A DNA stretch of 63,390 bases, the filler included, from Octopus bimaculoides (taxonomy: Eukaryota), in the NCBI RefSeq assembly GCF_001194135.2. It is 5 parts of 4 records of this genome, joined end to end, with 100 filler letters (N's around TTAATTAATTAA, not from the genome) between each part and the next. Parts side by side here need not be neighbours in the genome. Positions count along the whole stretch, not along the records: positions 32,544 to 39,010 come from NC_068986.1; positions 39,111 to 60,635 come from NC_068981.1; 3 more parts are not named here. One strand, written 5' to 3'. The notes below the pieces were generated by a model. The model saw only the letters and a program-made list of their open reading frames with translations. It ran no database searches and was not told the DNA's origin. Both the position numbers and the translations under genes were made by a program. This document shows, piece after piece, positions 38,171-50,899 of this stretch; position 1 is the first letter of the stretch; every line of letters starts with the position of its first letter.

Positions 38171-38508
38171 CGAGGGCACGCTGAAAAGTTCCTGGTTTGG
38201 GGTAAAAGAAAATACAGGGGAATCAGTTAATTATGATTTTATTCAACATATTCCCATCTACGATTCACACACTTTTTGCAGCGGTCTTTCAGTTAGTTTT
38301 TCTAAGCTCTGTAAAAAGGTGTCGCGAAAAGCCTGGTTAAAGGCCCAACCATCCGAGTTTTTTTTTTTTTACAGGGCTTAGCAGAGCTGAAGAACCGCTG
38401 CAATAAGTGTGTGAATCTGAGAGAGGAATATGGTGAATAAAATTGCAATTAACTGATCCTCTCGTATTTTCTTTTACTCAAAGCCAGGAACTTTTCAGTA
38501 CCCTTTTG
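38171..38508. mobile_element. Mariner-type MITE with ~150-bp imperfect terminal inverted repeats
   Basis: TA|CGAGGG...CTGAAAAGTTCCTGG left end mirrored by CCAGGAACTTTTCAG...CCCTTTTG|TA, with a short central spacer. Confidence 0.85.
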
Positions 38509-38649
38509 TATGTATACACATATCTATCTCTATACACACAGACACACATATGAACGTATACATGTATATATACGTAAGTACACAGATACGCACACATATA
38601 TGTATATACATATAGCTATATATGTAAATGGGATCTTGTTCAAAACGGG

Positions 38650-39010
38650 GGCACCAGTATTTTCTTAACGAAACTTTGAAACTTGGGACACTGGTAGAAT
38701 GTGTCATATAAAACATCTTTTTCTCTTAGTCTTCTTAACAAAAAAACGTACATCGCAAGTTATTTCATGTTAAAGTTGTCGTATTTCTGTAATTTCAACC
38801 AATGACTGACGTCCATTTAGCCGAATAACAGTAAGTGCTGACTACGTAAACAAACGATTCTGGCGGTGATAAAATTATTATTTCCTTGTCAAAAAATGGC
38901 TGAAGCATATTGGCAGTAGGGTTAGGGTTAGGGTTAGGGTTAGGGTTAGGCAGTAGCTAATAAACCTTTCATACAGTTCAAGCAGATGTTAACGAAATAA
39001 ACACGCGTGA
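38650..39010. repeat. Interspersed repeat, related copy at ~5110-5250, containing an internal (TTAGGG)n tract
   Basis: Shares aaactt.g.a.actgg.agaatgtg.ca and tgttaaagttgtcgtattt with 5120-5245. Confidence 0.55.
38917..38950 (+). repeat. Interstitial telomere-like repeat, ~5 TTAGGG units
   Basis: tagggttagggttagggttagggttagggttagg. Confidence 0.95.
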
Positions 39011-39539
39011 NNNNNNNNNNNNNNNNNNNNNNNNNNNNNNNNNNNNNNNNNNNNTTAATTAATTAANNNNNNNNNNNNNNNNNNNNNNNNNNNNNNNNNN
39101 NNNNNNNNNNATATATCGTTTTGGGACTTGGTTTGCAAGATTCTTTAGGTGAGTTCGTGTGTTGAAGCATATTCTGTTGTGTCTGGGGAAAGTCATTCTC
39201 TTTTAGTGCTTTATAATTTAACACACTCACCGGTAAAATTTCCCCTCATTTCCTTCTTTATTTTTCTAAAATTTTCGTTGCATCTTGCAGCCTTTTCAAT
39301 AATTGAAAAAGGTAGCAAGAGGCAACGAAAATCTTCACTGATCTTCAGTTTTATGTATGTATGCATGTATGTATGTATGTATGTGTGTATGTATGCATGT
39401 ATGTATGTAAAATGGCAAACAATTAAAAATGGAATTAGCAAATACTTTTACTACTTATTTACAATTGCTCTGTCACGATTCAATATAATCAATATTACAT
39501 AATTATATAACCAATATAACTGAACTCAACGAACTTATT

Positions 39540-39583
<44 letters not shown>

Positions 39584-39891
39584 GTGTATATGTGTGTGGG
39601 GGGTCTGTGTGTGTGTGTGTGTGTGGTGTATATGTGTGTTTGGGTCTCTGTGTGTGTGTGGGTNNNNNNNNNNNNNNNNNNNNNNNNNNNNNNNNNNNNN
39701 NNNNNNNNNNNNNNNNNNNNNNNNNNNNNNNNNNNNNNNNNNNNNNNNNNNNNNNNNNNNNNNNNNNNNNNNNNNNNNNNNNNNNNNNNNNNNNNNNNNN
39801 NNNNNNNNNNNNNNNNNNNNNNNNNNNNNNNNNNNNNNNNNNNNNNNNNNNNNNNNNNNNNNNNNNNNNNNNNNNNNNNNNNNNNNNNNNN

Positions 39892-39931
<40 letters not shown>

Positions 39932-40058
39932 TGGCTGTGTGTCTGTCTGTGTGTCTGTGTGCATAAAATAAAATACCAATCAAATGATAAACTGATTTAT
40001 TCTCCTCCCTCTCCTGTCTCTCTCTTTCTCCATATGTGTATATGTGAGAGAGAGAGAG

Positions 40059-40093
<35 letters not shown>

Positions 40094-40379
40094 GAGAGAG
40101 ATGGCTTTGTGGAACTGTGACAACGACATGCAGGACCATTCACAGTAACCCTTTTCTTCAAGAGACTTTCACAAGCTCTAATAAAAGATGGTGCGTGATG
40201 ATGATAATGCACTAATATCCACCAATGCGGTTCTGAGCACTCATTCTCACTGTTCGATTTAAGTAGCTTCCTTACCAACCACATGGAAACAGAAAACAAA
40301 GCAGAAAGTGAAATGAAACCATCAAACGTATAAATCAACATACTGCCAGCAAAGCAAAACACGCGTTCAGCTATTCAAT

Positions 40380-40990
40380 TAAACACATCTACTAAGCAGC
40401 TCATTCAACAAAACAGCCACATTGACGGTCTCGGTACAGTCCTGGATGCGACTGCATGATAGCATCAGGTGATCCTACTATGCTACCCATCACATCCACC
40501 ATAGCCACAAGCGCTGTTCCCAAGTATTTGACATCGTGGAGCCGCCAATCACTGACCATTACAACTCGAATGACGAAGACGCAACTGTGCAAAGATTTCA
40601 AATCATGAAGCCTCGAATACCGTATGATGTTTGGTGTCACATAACCACACGGTTCGTCCTGAGCATTACCTGATATTGCCCTCTCTTCTTCACGTAGGAT
40701 TTATACTTGATGTTCTTGTGCATACATTCAAAGGTTTGAGTGTAGACTCATCCTCCTTACCTACTCAATGATTGCCCTCAAGAATTCACTGGTTTTTTCT
40801 GTTTGATGAGTCACGGTTCCACTGAACAATGCAGGTTGTCCTGGCGACGTCTGGTCTCAGAATGTTTGTTCTGGCTACGAACGACATGAAAGCATCTGAC
40901 GCTATCAGCTGTGTAGTGACTCTGAACAAGAAGCTAACGAGCTCCAAATCTCTATGGCTGACACTTAGATTATCTCCTCAGCCTCTCTGT
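40380..40990 (+). mobile_element. Highly degraded Tc1-type transposase remnant
   Basis: LFDESRF at 40799, followed with frameshifts by LNNA(G)...DVW, resembling the FSDESRF.L..ADGR.RVW catalytic motif. Confidence 0.55.
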
Positions 40991-42030
40991 CTTACATATG
41001 CTGTTTCATATAATGACATACCTCATTATTTCAATGAAATATTCCTTTTCAGACGATGCGAGTTCTGATTTAGTAATGGGGGTATGGTAGTTTTTTTGGT
41101 CGCACATATACATATCGATGCACAATTATTATGACATTATTTTTTCAAATATTAATCTTATTTATCAATTCGTCTATATTAATAGCATCTCTGATAGAAG
41201 TATCTCTCCTTATTTTTCGTCTTCTCTCTCTATCTCTCTCACACGCGCGCGCGCGCATATACACACACATACACACATTCTTTTCCTTCGCTTTTTGCTT
41301 GTCGCCTTCCCTTTCCCGTCTCTTGTCTTTTTGTTTCTCCTTTTTAGTCAATGCTCTTATCTATTATGCTATACCTGGTAAGGGTAGGAATGCCAATAAT
41401 AAACACACGCATTGGTTTTATTTCACTCATTTTATCATTAGTCAATTCCTTAATATTTAAACAATTAACTAATCGATTGTTTGATTAATCGTGCGGTCAA
41501 TCATTCATCAACTAGGTTAAAGTTCTATTGTCGCCATTCCCGACTTTTTCAGACCTGAAATAGATCGGAAACAGACAAGAAGCAGACTTGGGGTATAGAG
41601 AACATGTCTGAATGGATTGCATCATGTATTTGAGCAACAAAGAAGAGATTACATTAGATAATAATTATTGATTTACTGAAACTATCTCCTCTTTCAGATA
41701 GAGTAACATCAACGGTTTACAGCAATTAGTACAATGTCCAAATTACAAGGAGAGATAATCTCAAAACCCAAGAATTCTTCCAAACTGATACGCTAGAATG
41801 AAAAATCAGTGTGATTGTTTGGATACTGGAAGACAGCTGTGGACAAATGTCTCTGGCTTTAAAAGTGTCGTCAGCACAGCACAACCTACATTATCTCCAG
41901 CATAGGCGTGCTAAATATCTATATTAAAATGTATTCTCAGGTAATTTGCATAAATAAAACGAAAATGAACTGAGAAAAATAATTTTCAAAAACAAATAAG
42001 ATTATATCAAATATTAACATAAATAAACAC

Positions 42031-42275
42031 GCCCTTTTAAAGCCTAGTCAGGCTCATGGGCCCGGTTTCCCAGTTTCAATGGCGTATGTGTTCCCCAGCT
42101 GGACGGGACGCCAGTCCATCGCAGCGTTACTCATTTTTGCCAGCTGAGTGGACTGGAGCAACGTGAAATAAAGTGTTTTGCTCAAGAACACAACGCGTCG
42201 CCCGGTCCAGGAATCGAAACCACAATCTTACGATCATGATGCTGACACCCTAACTAATAAGCCACGCACTTCCAC
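42031..42275 (-). mobile_element. SINE family C, tail type 2
   Basis: Family C core joined to the ggctcat...ggtttc...tggcgtat...ttcccca.ctggacggg tail. Confidence 0.85.
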
Positions 42276-43173
42276 ATATCAAATATTATACACGATAAAT
42301 TCATGATTTATTGAAAACACCTTGTGTTGAAATGTGGCATGACTAACTGAAAACAGAATTTAGTCTACAATAGCATTATTTTAATACTTCAGCTGCTCTT
42401 TGTGGAAACAGTACAAATCATTTACTCTGCTAGCTAGATAATATTCTCTCAGTCGAAGAATATATTATACTCTTCATCTCCCTCCTGCTTGGCCATATTG
42501 CGATTTTACTGATGGAAAATGTATTGCACGTTATGTTTTTTCTTCTCACCTGCGATTTTTCTAGTACCACACGGAACAGTATTCTTTCGAGTATTTGTTT
42601 GTGCTATTCTTTAACCTCAGGTAAACTTTAATGAAGCAGCTCTATGATCAATTATATAATCATTCCAACTATCTATATCCCGTATTGTTTAGAGGTACTT
42701 AGAACTACTACATTGATCACTGCGTTCTTTCCCTAATTAAGAGAGACCGGAGATGTTTTAGGGTTGGGAAGTCGATTGGCTAACTGTAAGAGCAACTTGC
42801 AGTACATATTCCGGCTCTTTGTGTCCTGAGTTCAAATCTTATCGAGATCATATCTGCCCTTAAATATTAAGGGTGTGCATAAAATAAAATACCAATCAAA
42901 TGATAAACTGATTTATTCTCCTCCCTCTCCTGTCTCTCTCTTTCTCCATATGTGTATATGTGAGAGAGAGAGGGAGCGAGAGAGAGAGAGAGAGAGAGAG
43001 AAATAGAGAGAGATGGCTTTGTGGAACTGTGACAACGACATGCAGGACCATTCACAGTAACCCTTTTCTTCAAGAGACTTTCACAAGCTCTAATAAAAGA
43101 TGGTGCGTGATGATGATAATGCACTAATATCCACCAATGCGGTTCTGAGCACTCATTCTCACTGTTCGATTTA

Positions 43174-43556
43174 AGTAGCTTCCTTACCAAACACATGGTT
43201 CCAGGTTCAGTCCCACTGCGTGGCACCTTAGGCAGATGTCTTCTACTATACCTTCGGGCCGACCATAGCTTTGTGAGTGGATTTCGTAGACGGAAACTGA
43301 AACAAGTCCGTCGTATATATGTATATATATATATATATGTATGTGTGTGAATATGTTTGTGTGCCTGTGTTTATCCCCCAGCATCGCTTGACAACCGATA
43401 CTGGTGTGTTTACGTCCCCGTAACGTAGCGGTTCGGCAAAAGAGACCGATAGAATAAGTAATAGGCTTACAAAGAATAAGTCCTGGGGTCGATTTGTTCG
43501 ACTAAAGGCAGTGCTCCAGCATGGCCGCAATCAAATGACTGAAACAAGTAAAAGAA
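43174..43556 (+). mobile_element. SINE family A, near full length
   Basis: Head gtagcttccttaccaa.cacatggttccaggttcagtccc through tail gactgaaacaagtaaaaga. Confidence 0.9.
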
Positions 43557-43557
43557 A

Positions 43558-43630
<73 letters not shown>

Positions 43631-44826
43631 CACACACACACACACAAAGACATCAAGCCTTCTGTGGGCATGAGCATGTCATTCATGGAGAAGTATAAGG
43701 TAAAATGTTCTATTAGTGGGTGTTTTGTTGATACAAGTGTTCACATAATGTATGTATGGTATGAGATTCGACCTTATTAAGGAGAGGTTATTCCGTGATG
43801 TAAAAGTTGTAACGTACTAAAAACATTTTACGTAGTTCAAATATGATCTGATATAGAACTCAAAATGCTGGATGTAATTTTGCCCCGAGATGAGTTGCTA
43901 TCGACTGTGGGATAGGAAACAAATGTTGACATATTATTTAAGGGTGTGCTGATTTGAGGATCGTTTGTGTGGCTCGCGTGATAGGTGTCTTTGGAAACTC
44001 ATCTAAGTTGTATAACATGTTATACAAATTTATTGTTATGGAGCACATAAATGAATAGGCTTTGACAATCATTAAGTCTCTTCAAGTTTACAATCAATAA
44101 ATTTAAATGAAACTCGAAGAGCTATGTTAAATTATTGGGATGATTTTCGCATTGTTTTCAGTGACAGGATAATTCATAGTTAGAAAGAGGTTAACGCTTT
44201 AGAGATGAGTAATTATTGTAGTTCAGAGGATAAGATTCTTCAAAACTAAGGCAATCTAATACATTCATTTCAGTCCATTGTTTGCAATAGTTTGGGTATT
44301 CGGTTCATGATCGTAAGGTCGTGAGTTCAATTCCTGGCGGCGCACTGTATCCTTGTGTAAGACACTTTATTTCACGTTGCTTAGCTGGCAAAAATGTGTG
44401 GTATGTCTGTGTGTGTGTGTGTGTGTGTGCGCGCGCGCTCACACACACACGCACAACAATATCAAGATTCGCTACAATATCCAGTTATAACCCAAGAATA
44501 TTATTACTTTTAATATTTCTGAAAAGGGCAATAACAGTATGACCACCACACCACTAGCAACATTCGCCCACCACCTAGCATCTAAACAAATGAAGCCTAC
44601 ATTATCACCACTATCAACCTACCAGCTTTTGAATCCAGTTGGTTAGAGCCTGTACGCCATCACGTGTACCTGAGTGTGGTTGTCTCTATGTGCATGAGGT
44701 GTGTGTGTGTGTTATTTCTTTACTACCCACAAGGGGCTACACACATAGGGGACAAACAAAGACAGACAAACGGATTAAGTCGATTATATCTACCCCAGTG
44801 CGTAACTGGTACTTATTTAATCGACC

Positions 44827-44935
<109 letters not shown>

Positions 44936-45194
44936 TGTGTTTACGTCTTAAGTCAGAAGAGCAAAGAGCAAATTGCCTATAAAATCGGGTGACCCTTCTG
45001 CTGACTCTAATCATATAGTACTCTCTTTTCATCAGCGCTTAGCCTTTTCATCTCATTTTCTGTATTACATCCATAGGAATAAACAATTTTCTGCTCACAC
45101 GAATTAATATTTGTTACGGATAATTAATCACCGCTGCTATTGGATTTATCTTCAATTTAAGAAGTCTAGAAAGATGCTATCAAGTAGAACTGAA

Positions 45195-46360
45195 AGCAGC
45201 GGTGTGGAAAGAAACTGTTAAGGGATTACACTGGATATTCAACTTGATGTTTTAAAAAGACTTCATGCGGGAGAAAAACTAAGTTATATTGCTAAAACAT
45301 TAAACCTTGGAACATCTATAGTGGGAACAATACGTGACAAAAAGAGAGAAAATTATGTCAAGTGCTCAAGAAGTTACTCCCTTAAATGCCCGGATCTTAT
45401 TTTTCCATAGATTTAATGTAACGCTTGAAATGGAACGACTCTTGGATATATTGATCGAGTATCAAAACTGGCGCAACGTGCCAATAAGCACGATGGTAAT
45501 TCAAAAAACAAACCAAAAGTTTATGACGATTTAGAGAAAAGGAAGGTGAAACTTCTAATGAAAACCTCTTTTTTGGGTAGTACACGCTGGTTTGCAAGTT
45601 GAAGAAGTGCATGAATTTCCACAACATAAAAATGACTGGTGAAACTGCGAGCGCTAATACAGAGGCTGTTACTAATTATCAGTTGGAAAGAATGATTACT
45701 GAAGGGTGCTACACAATGGAACAAGTATGCAATGTTGATGAAACTGCACTTTTCTGGAAGCGCATGCCTGTTCTCATGAAAAAAAGAATCAGCACCTGGA
45801 TTTAAAACTTCCAAAAATCACCTGACACTTCTTTTGAGTAGAAATGCAGCTGGTGATGTAAAATTAAAGCCTTTTTGTGTGTATCTCTCCGAAAATCCAA
45901 AGGCTTTCAAGGGTTTAATCTACTTCTGATTTCGTGTCCAAATAAGAAAGCAAGAATGACTAAGAGCCTTTTCAAAGAAAGGTTATCAAAAGTTTTTGCC
46001 CTGTCGGAGAAAGGTACAGTGCCAGACATATTTCCGGCAAAGCATTGCCTCGAGATAATGCATCAAGCCACCCAGTGAACTTAGATGACCGTTCTGATAA
46101 TTTGAGAGTAGACTATGTCCCAACGAATACAACTTCTTTGCTTCAGCCAACAGATCAAGGTATGAGAGCTAACTTCAAGGTGTATTATATGAGAACTTTC
46201 AAACAACTTATGAAAACAATTGACAGGGAGTATAAACTTTCAGTTAGACATTTCTGGAAGGATTTGATAATGGACGTTGTGTATAATATAGCTGAATCAT
46301 GGGATGAAGTGAAACCTTCGACTCTGAATAGTGATTTGAAAATTATATGGGCTTCTGTAT
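45195..46360 (+). mobile_element. Tigger/pogo DDE transposase pseudogene
   Basis: CENP-B-type HTH ([40 protein letters not shown]), NVDETALFWKRMP, and DNASSHP...NTTSLLQPTDQG motifs with several frameshifts. Confidence 0.92.
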
Positions 46361-46479
46361 CAGTAACATTACAAGTTTTCATCAAGCAGAACGTTAGAAA
46401 AGAACAAGCTGAGAAGATAGATAAGACAACGGAAGTTCAACTTACACTATTTAAGTTAACTACAAAAATTATTGCTATA

Positions 46480-46645
46480 GGCGCAGGTGTAGGTGTGTGG
46501 TAATAAGCTTGCTCCCCAACCACATAGTTCCGGGTTCAGTTCCATTGCGTGGCACCTTGGGCAAGTGTCTTCTATTATAGCCTCTGGCCGACCAAAACCT
46601 TGTGAGTAGATTTGGTGGACGGAAACTGAAAGAAGCCTGTTGTGT
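46480..46645 (+). mobile_element. SINE family A, 5' half
   Basis: Matches the family head. Confidence 0.85.
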
Positions 46646-47188
46646 ATATGTATATATATATATATATATATATAATACAGAATGGGACAAGAACGCAAAA
46701 CATCCAGACAGTTAGGTGATACATTAAAGGGACAAAACATACAGATAGACGATACAAAGAAAACACGGACATGTCATTCGGAGTTTTCTCTCTTCAGTCG
46801 AGATCCAGATTATCTTTGCAATTTCGGCTGGTTATTCTCGATATTGCTCCAATCTGACCAGCNNNNNNNNNNNNNNNNNNNNNNNNNNNNNNNNNNNNNN
46901 NNNNNNNNNNNNNNNNNNNNNNNNNNNNNNNNNNNNNNNNNNNNNNNNNNNNNNNNNNNNNNNNNNNNNNNNNNNNNNNNNNNNNNNNNNNNNNNNNNNN
47001 NNNNNNNNNNNNNNNNNNNNNNNNNNNNNNNNNNNNNNNNNNNNNNNNNNNNNNNNNNNNNNNNNNNNNNNNNNNNNNNATATATATTGATAATAAGGAG
47101 AATGAAGGATTTGAACATTTCCAGTTAGCTTATTCATTTTACATAGGGAAATTCGGTATCTGCCTGGATATTATATCCGTCCTCTTAC

Positions 47189-47236
<48 letters not shown>

Positions 47237-47874
47237 AGAGGTTGTTATTTTCATGTACAGAGGTAACCGTGCTGCTTCGTCTCTGTTGCTTTCTTACATT
47301 CTCCTTTTTTTTTCTCTCTTTCTTCGAAAAAGTGTGTAGGGATGCAATCTCACATGACAACATGAAAATCAACAGGAAAATTAATTTCGCATTACGAGAT
47401 TTCTAGTTACGGCCTGATTTTCAGGCACGCATTACTTCCGTAAAGCGAGGATCACCTATATTATTTTTAAAAGTTTATAGTTATCTGCCTTGCTAACTAC
47501 TTTTGGATTATACCTGCTCTCAGAAGGAATCTATTAGATACTTAGATAATCTTCGTTGACTGAAGTTTCTTAGTTCACTATATTACATGCGCGAGTCCCT
47601 CCGTATTTGTAGTTCTAATTTAGCTACAAGTTCTTAACTTGGGGTTAAAGTTACGATGATTATGATTTCGACTCCTACTTCACTCGTACCTTTTTATTTA
47701 TTTCTTTATTTTATTTTATTTTTTCAACTCCAACAGAATGGACAGCAAAATTGACATTGGCAGGATACGATATCAACACGTAGACACTCGCAATTGAATA
47801 CTACATGGCATTTTGTCCGTCATCTTATGGAATTGGCCGATACCTCCCTCTTCACTGTATTAAATATTAGTTTC

Positions 47875-48292
47875 AAATTTTAGCACAAGGCCAGCAAGTT
47901 CGGGTGAGAAGCTTATGTCGGTTTCATCGACTTCAGTGCTCAATTTGTACATATTTTATCGACCTCGAAAGGCAAAGTCGACGGAATTTAAACTTAGAGT
48001 GTAAAATGCTTAGAGTCGAAATGTCGCTAAGCATTTTACCTGCCGTGCTAACGATTCTCATTTCTTTATTGCCCACAAGGGGTTAAACATAGAGGGGACA
48101 AACAAGGACAGACAAAGGGATTAAGTCGATTACATCGACCCCAGTGCGTAACTGGTACTTAATTTATCGACCCCGAAAGGATGAAAGGTAAAGTCGACCT
48201 CGGTGGAATTTGAACTCAGAACGTAACGACAGACGAAATACCGCTAAGCATTTTGCCCGGCGTGCTAACGCTTCTGCCAGCTCGCCGCGTGC
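47875..48292 (-). mobile_element. SINE family B, head-to-tail dimer
   Basis: Same two-unit arrangement as 7892-8312. A 27-bp tandem duplication of the head lies at ~48262-48313. Confidence 0.88.
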
Positions 48293-49459
48293 TAACGCTT
48301 CTGCCAACTCGTCACCTTTACATTGTATTAAATATTTAAGAACAGAAAAAGGAACGTGACGTAAAGTGATTTTTCGAAATAACTTGGAATTTTAATCTCT
48401 TTCTATTCAAACCACTCCTGAAAAGCAATCAAAACGATAATCTACAGGAAGCAATACATGACCTACTTGAGAACATCAGTTCAACTGAGGACAGATCGTG
48501 TAACAACACCGATACTGCATTTTGAGTGGGTGACGAATTCGAAACTTTCGGTTATATAAACTCCACACTGTTGTGTTCTATTTGTGTACAATTGAGGTCG
48601 AATAGAAACAGAGCTTGTTTTCTTGTCACCTTTAGAAATACATGTACACATCCCCTGGCACACACACACAAATCGTACACATACAATGTTTCTCACTTGC
48701 GCTATACGATTCTCTGTTCACAAATAAACAAGCAGAAATACGCAGACACACTTATTCACTCTTTTCATATATTCTTCCTTTCTTTCATCTTTCTCTTTCT
48801 CCCTCTAACTCTATGTTTCCTATACTGTTTCAAGTATCTTCTTACTTAATAGTTGTATCATTATCAAAACACACAGCCACACACGGTGACGTTATAGAGT
48901 TATCGAACGCTATTTATAAAGTTAACTGTGAGTTCAAGCGACTGAAATCTCTTGCACTGGTTTTCGATGCACGAATCAACTTCCGCTGAAATCTTCAAAC
49001 TTGTCTGCCCGCAGCGTTATCAGATTTTCAACTATGAAATAAATAACAATTGCCGATAAATTAAATGTCAGATGACGAAACAAAATTTGAAAAAAGAAAA
49101 GAAAATCTAAGTATTGACTCCATGTTCGAAATAAATCGATGGATTATAGAAAGCTTAAAATTTTTCAAATGAAAAGAGTTAATATGTATTTTAAATCTAT
49201 TTCCAAAGAATGGAGGAAAAAGTAAAAGCTACTTTAACAGTTTAGGTTTCTAAAGTAACATTTTTAATTCATTTATCACTCATATATATCAACCACAAAC
49301 TTCTCCATGTACACGAATTCAGGAAGACACCTTGAGCACAAGGACAGGTGATTTAACATTAAAGCGAATAAAAATCAACGAAAACAAGGGAGAGAATGCA
49401 ATGAACAAGCACATGATCGAGATTTTGAATCTTGTCTGTTTTTAGCCTCGAAAGAGTTA

Positions 49460-49760
49460 ATGTGATTGGCGCTGGCTGCTGGAGCCTACCGGCCAAGTAA
49501 TTCAGGGGTAATTTGGCTGGGTGGTTATTCGCTGACGCTGCATCGAAGAAACCAAAGAACAAAAAAGCCAAAGAAAAAAGAGAAACAACGCACTCAACAC
49601 CAGAGCTGAAGACGCCACCGAAAGGAAGTGGTGCCGCCACGTTGAAAACGGTAGAGGAGTAGGGACCGAAACCGGACGAGGTTCCTCCTGCTGATGTCCT
49701 TAGCCACTGCATCCTATAAAGGAGCCGTTCAGGTAGCGAACTACGAAACGTGGTTGGAAT
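49460..49760 (+). promoter_or_regulatory. CpG-rich promoter / first-exon candidate
   Basis: About 18 CpGs in ~300 bp in an AT-rich background. Reverse CCAAT (GATTGG) at 49464-49469 and TATAAAG at 49714. Not similar to the SINE families in the window. Confidence 0.45.
49694..49732 (+). CDS. Candidate first coding exon (MSLATASYKGAVQ)
   Basis: ATG at 49694 at the end of a CpG-rich block, followed by cag|GTagcg donor. Confidence 0.25.
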
Positions 49761-49861
49761 TTCTATGGCTTTGTTTAGGTGTAAATGATTTGTTGACTCT
49801 GTTGTACAAATACAAGCATATGTATGTGTATTATATATATATATATTAGCTTAATAGTTAG

Positions 49862-49916
<55 letters not shown>

Positions 49917-50899
49917 GTGTGTATGTATGTGTGTGTTTGTTTGTTTAAAGTATAAACATCCAAATCGCTTCTCTAAGCTCCTCATTTCCGATATATACAA
50001 TGCAATTTGGGAAAAATATTTAAACGTTAAACATTGGCGATTTTTGAACATGATGGAAATATTTTGAATGAATGAGATAGTGCCCGAAAATAGATAGAAA
50101 AGATCTTATTAGCAATATAGCTTTTGCATACAAAGTAGAGGAGAAAATACCAAACATGTATAAAATATAAATATGTATAAATCAAAATGTGATACTTTAT
50201 TTAGTGGAAAGAAGGAAGTGAAGAAGGAGGAGGAGGTGGAGGAGGAGACATGTGAAAGGGAAAGTGAAAGAACAGAGAAGGGAAGAGGGAAAAAGAAACA
50301 GTGTAACGGAAAGAGAATGCCAGCGTAAAGAGAAAACGAATGGCTATAAAGATATATATGGAAATATAATAACGAACGAATATGTAAGATACAAAAAAAT
50401 AAGCGAATTTATGATTATGTATTAAACATTTGAATAAGGTTCTCAAGAAACTAAATTCAGGAAACAAATTATAATCAAAATTAGAAGTTACATTTAAGCA
50501 TGTTTTGCAAGAATCTTGATATTAAATCGACTGTTGAAACAAGATATTTTTTCGTATTTCGGGACGGTCATCTTGTCAATAAGCATATGCACTATTTATT
50601 TGATCTTCCCTTTAGCTTAATGATTGTTATTATTATTATTATTAGTTTATTTGTCAGTGCTCTTTCGTCACATATTCTGTGACCTCTGCAACGACTATCA
50701 GTTCTTCGAGTCTCCTCTTCTCTCTAGTTTTGTCATGTCTATTCTATCATGTCTTTCTGTGGTATATATATCCCTATCAGCTCATACGGTTGCGTCTGTA
50801 TCTCCCTGTGTGTCTATGTGTTTGGTATGTATATCTGTGTCTTGTGTGCGTCTATATGGATTTGTATATTATTCAGCTGGTACCCGTGTCTCTTTCCTG

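Noticed and set aside
46766-46798. Minus-strand CTGAAGA-GAG-AAAA-CTC-CGAATGACATGTC, hammerhead-like
   Set aside because: The GAAA core is broken (GAATG) and stem I does not pair. At most a degenerate relative; not called.
48448-48521. Possible terminal exon EAIHDLLENISSTEDRSCNNTDTAF*
   Set aside because: The acceptor lacks a pyrimidine tract and there is no supporting upstream exon.
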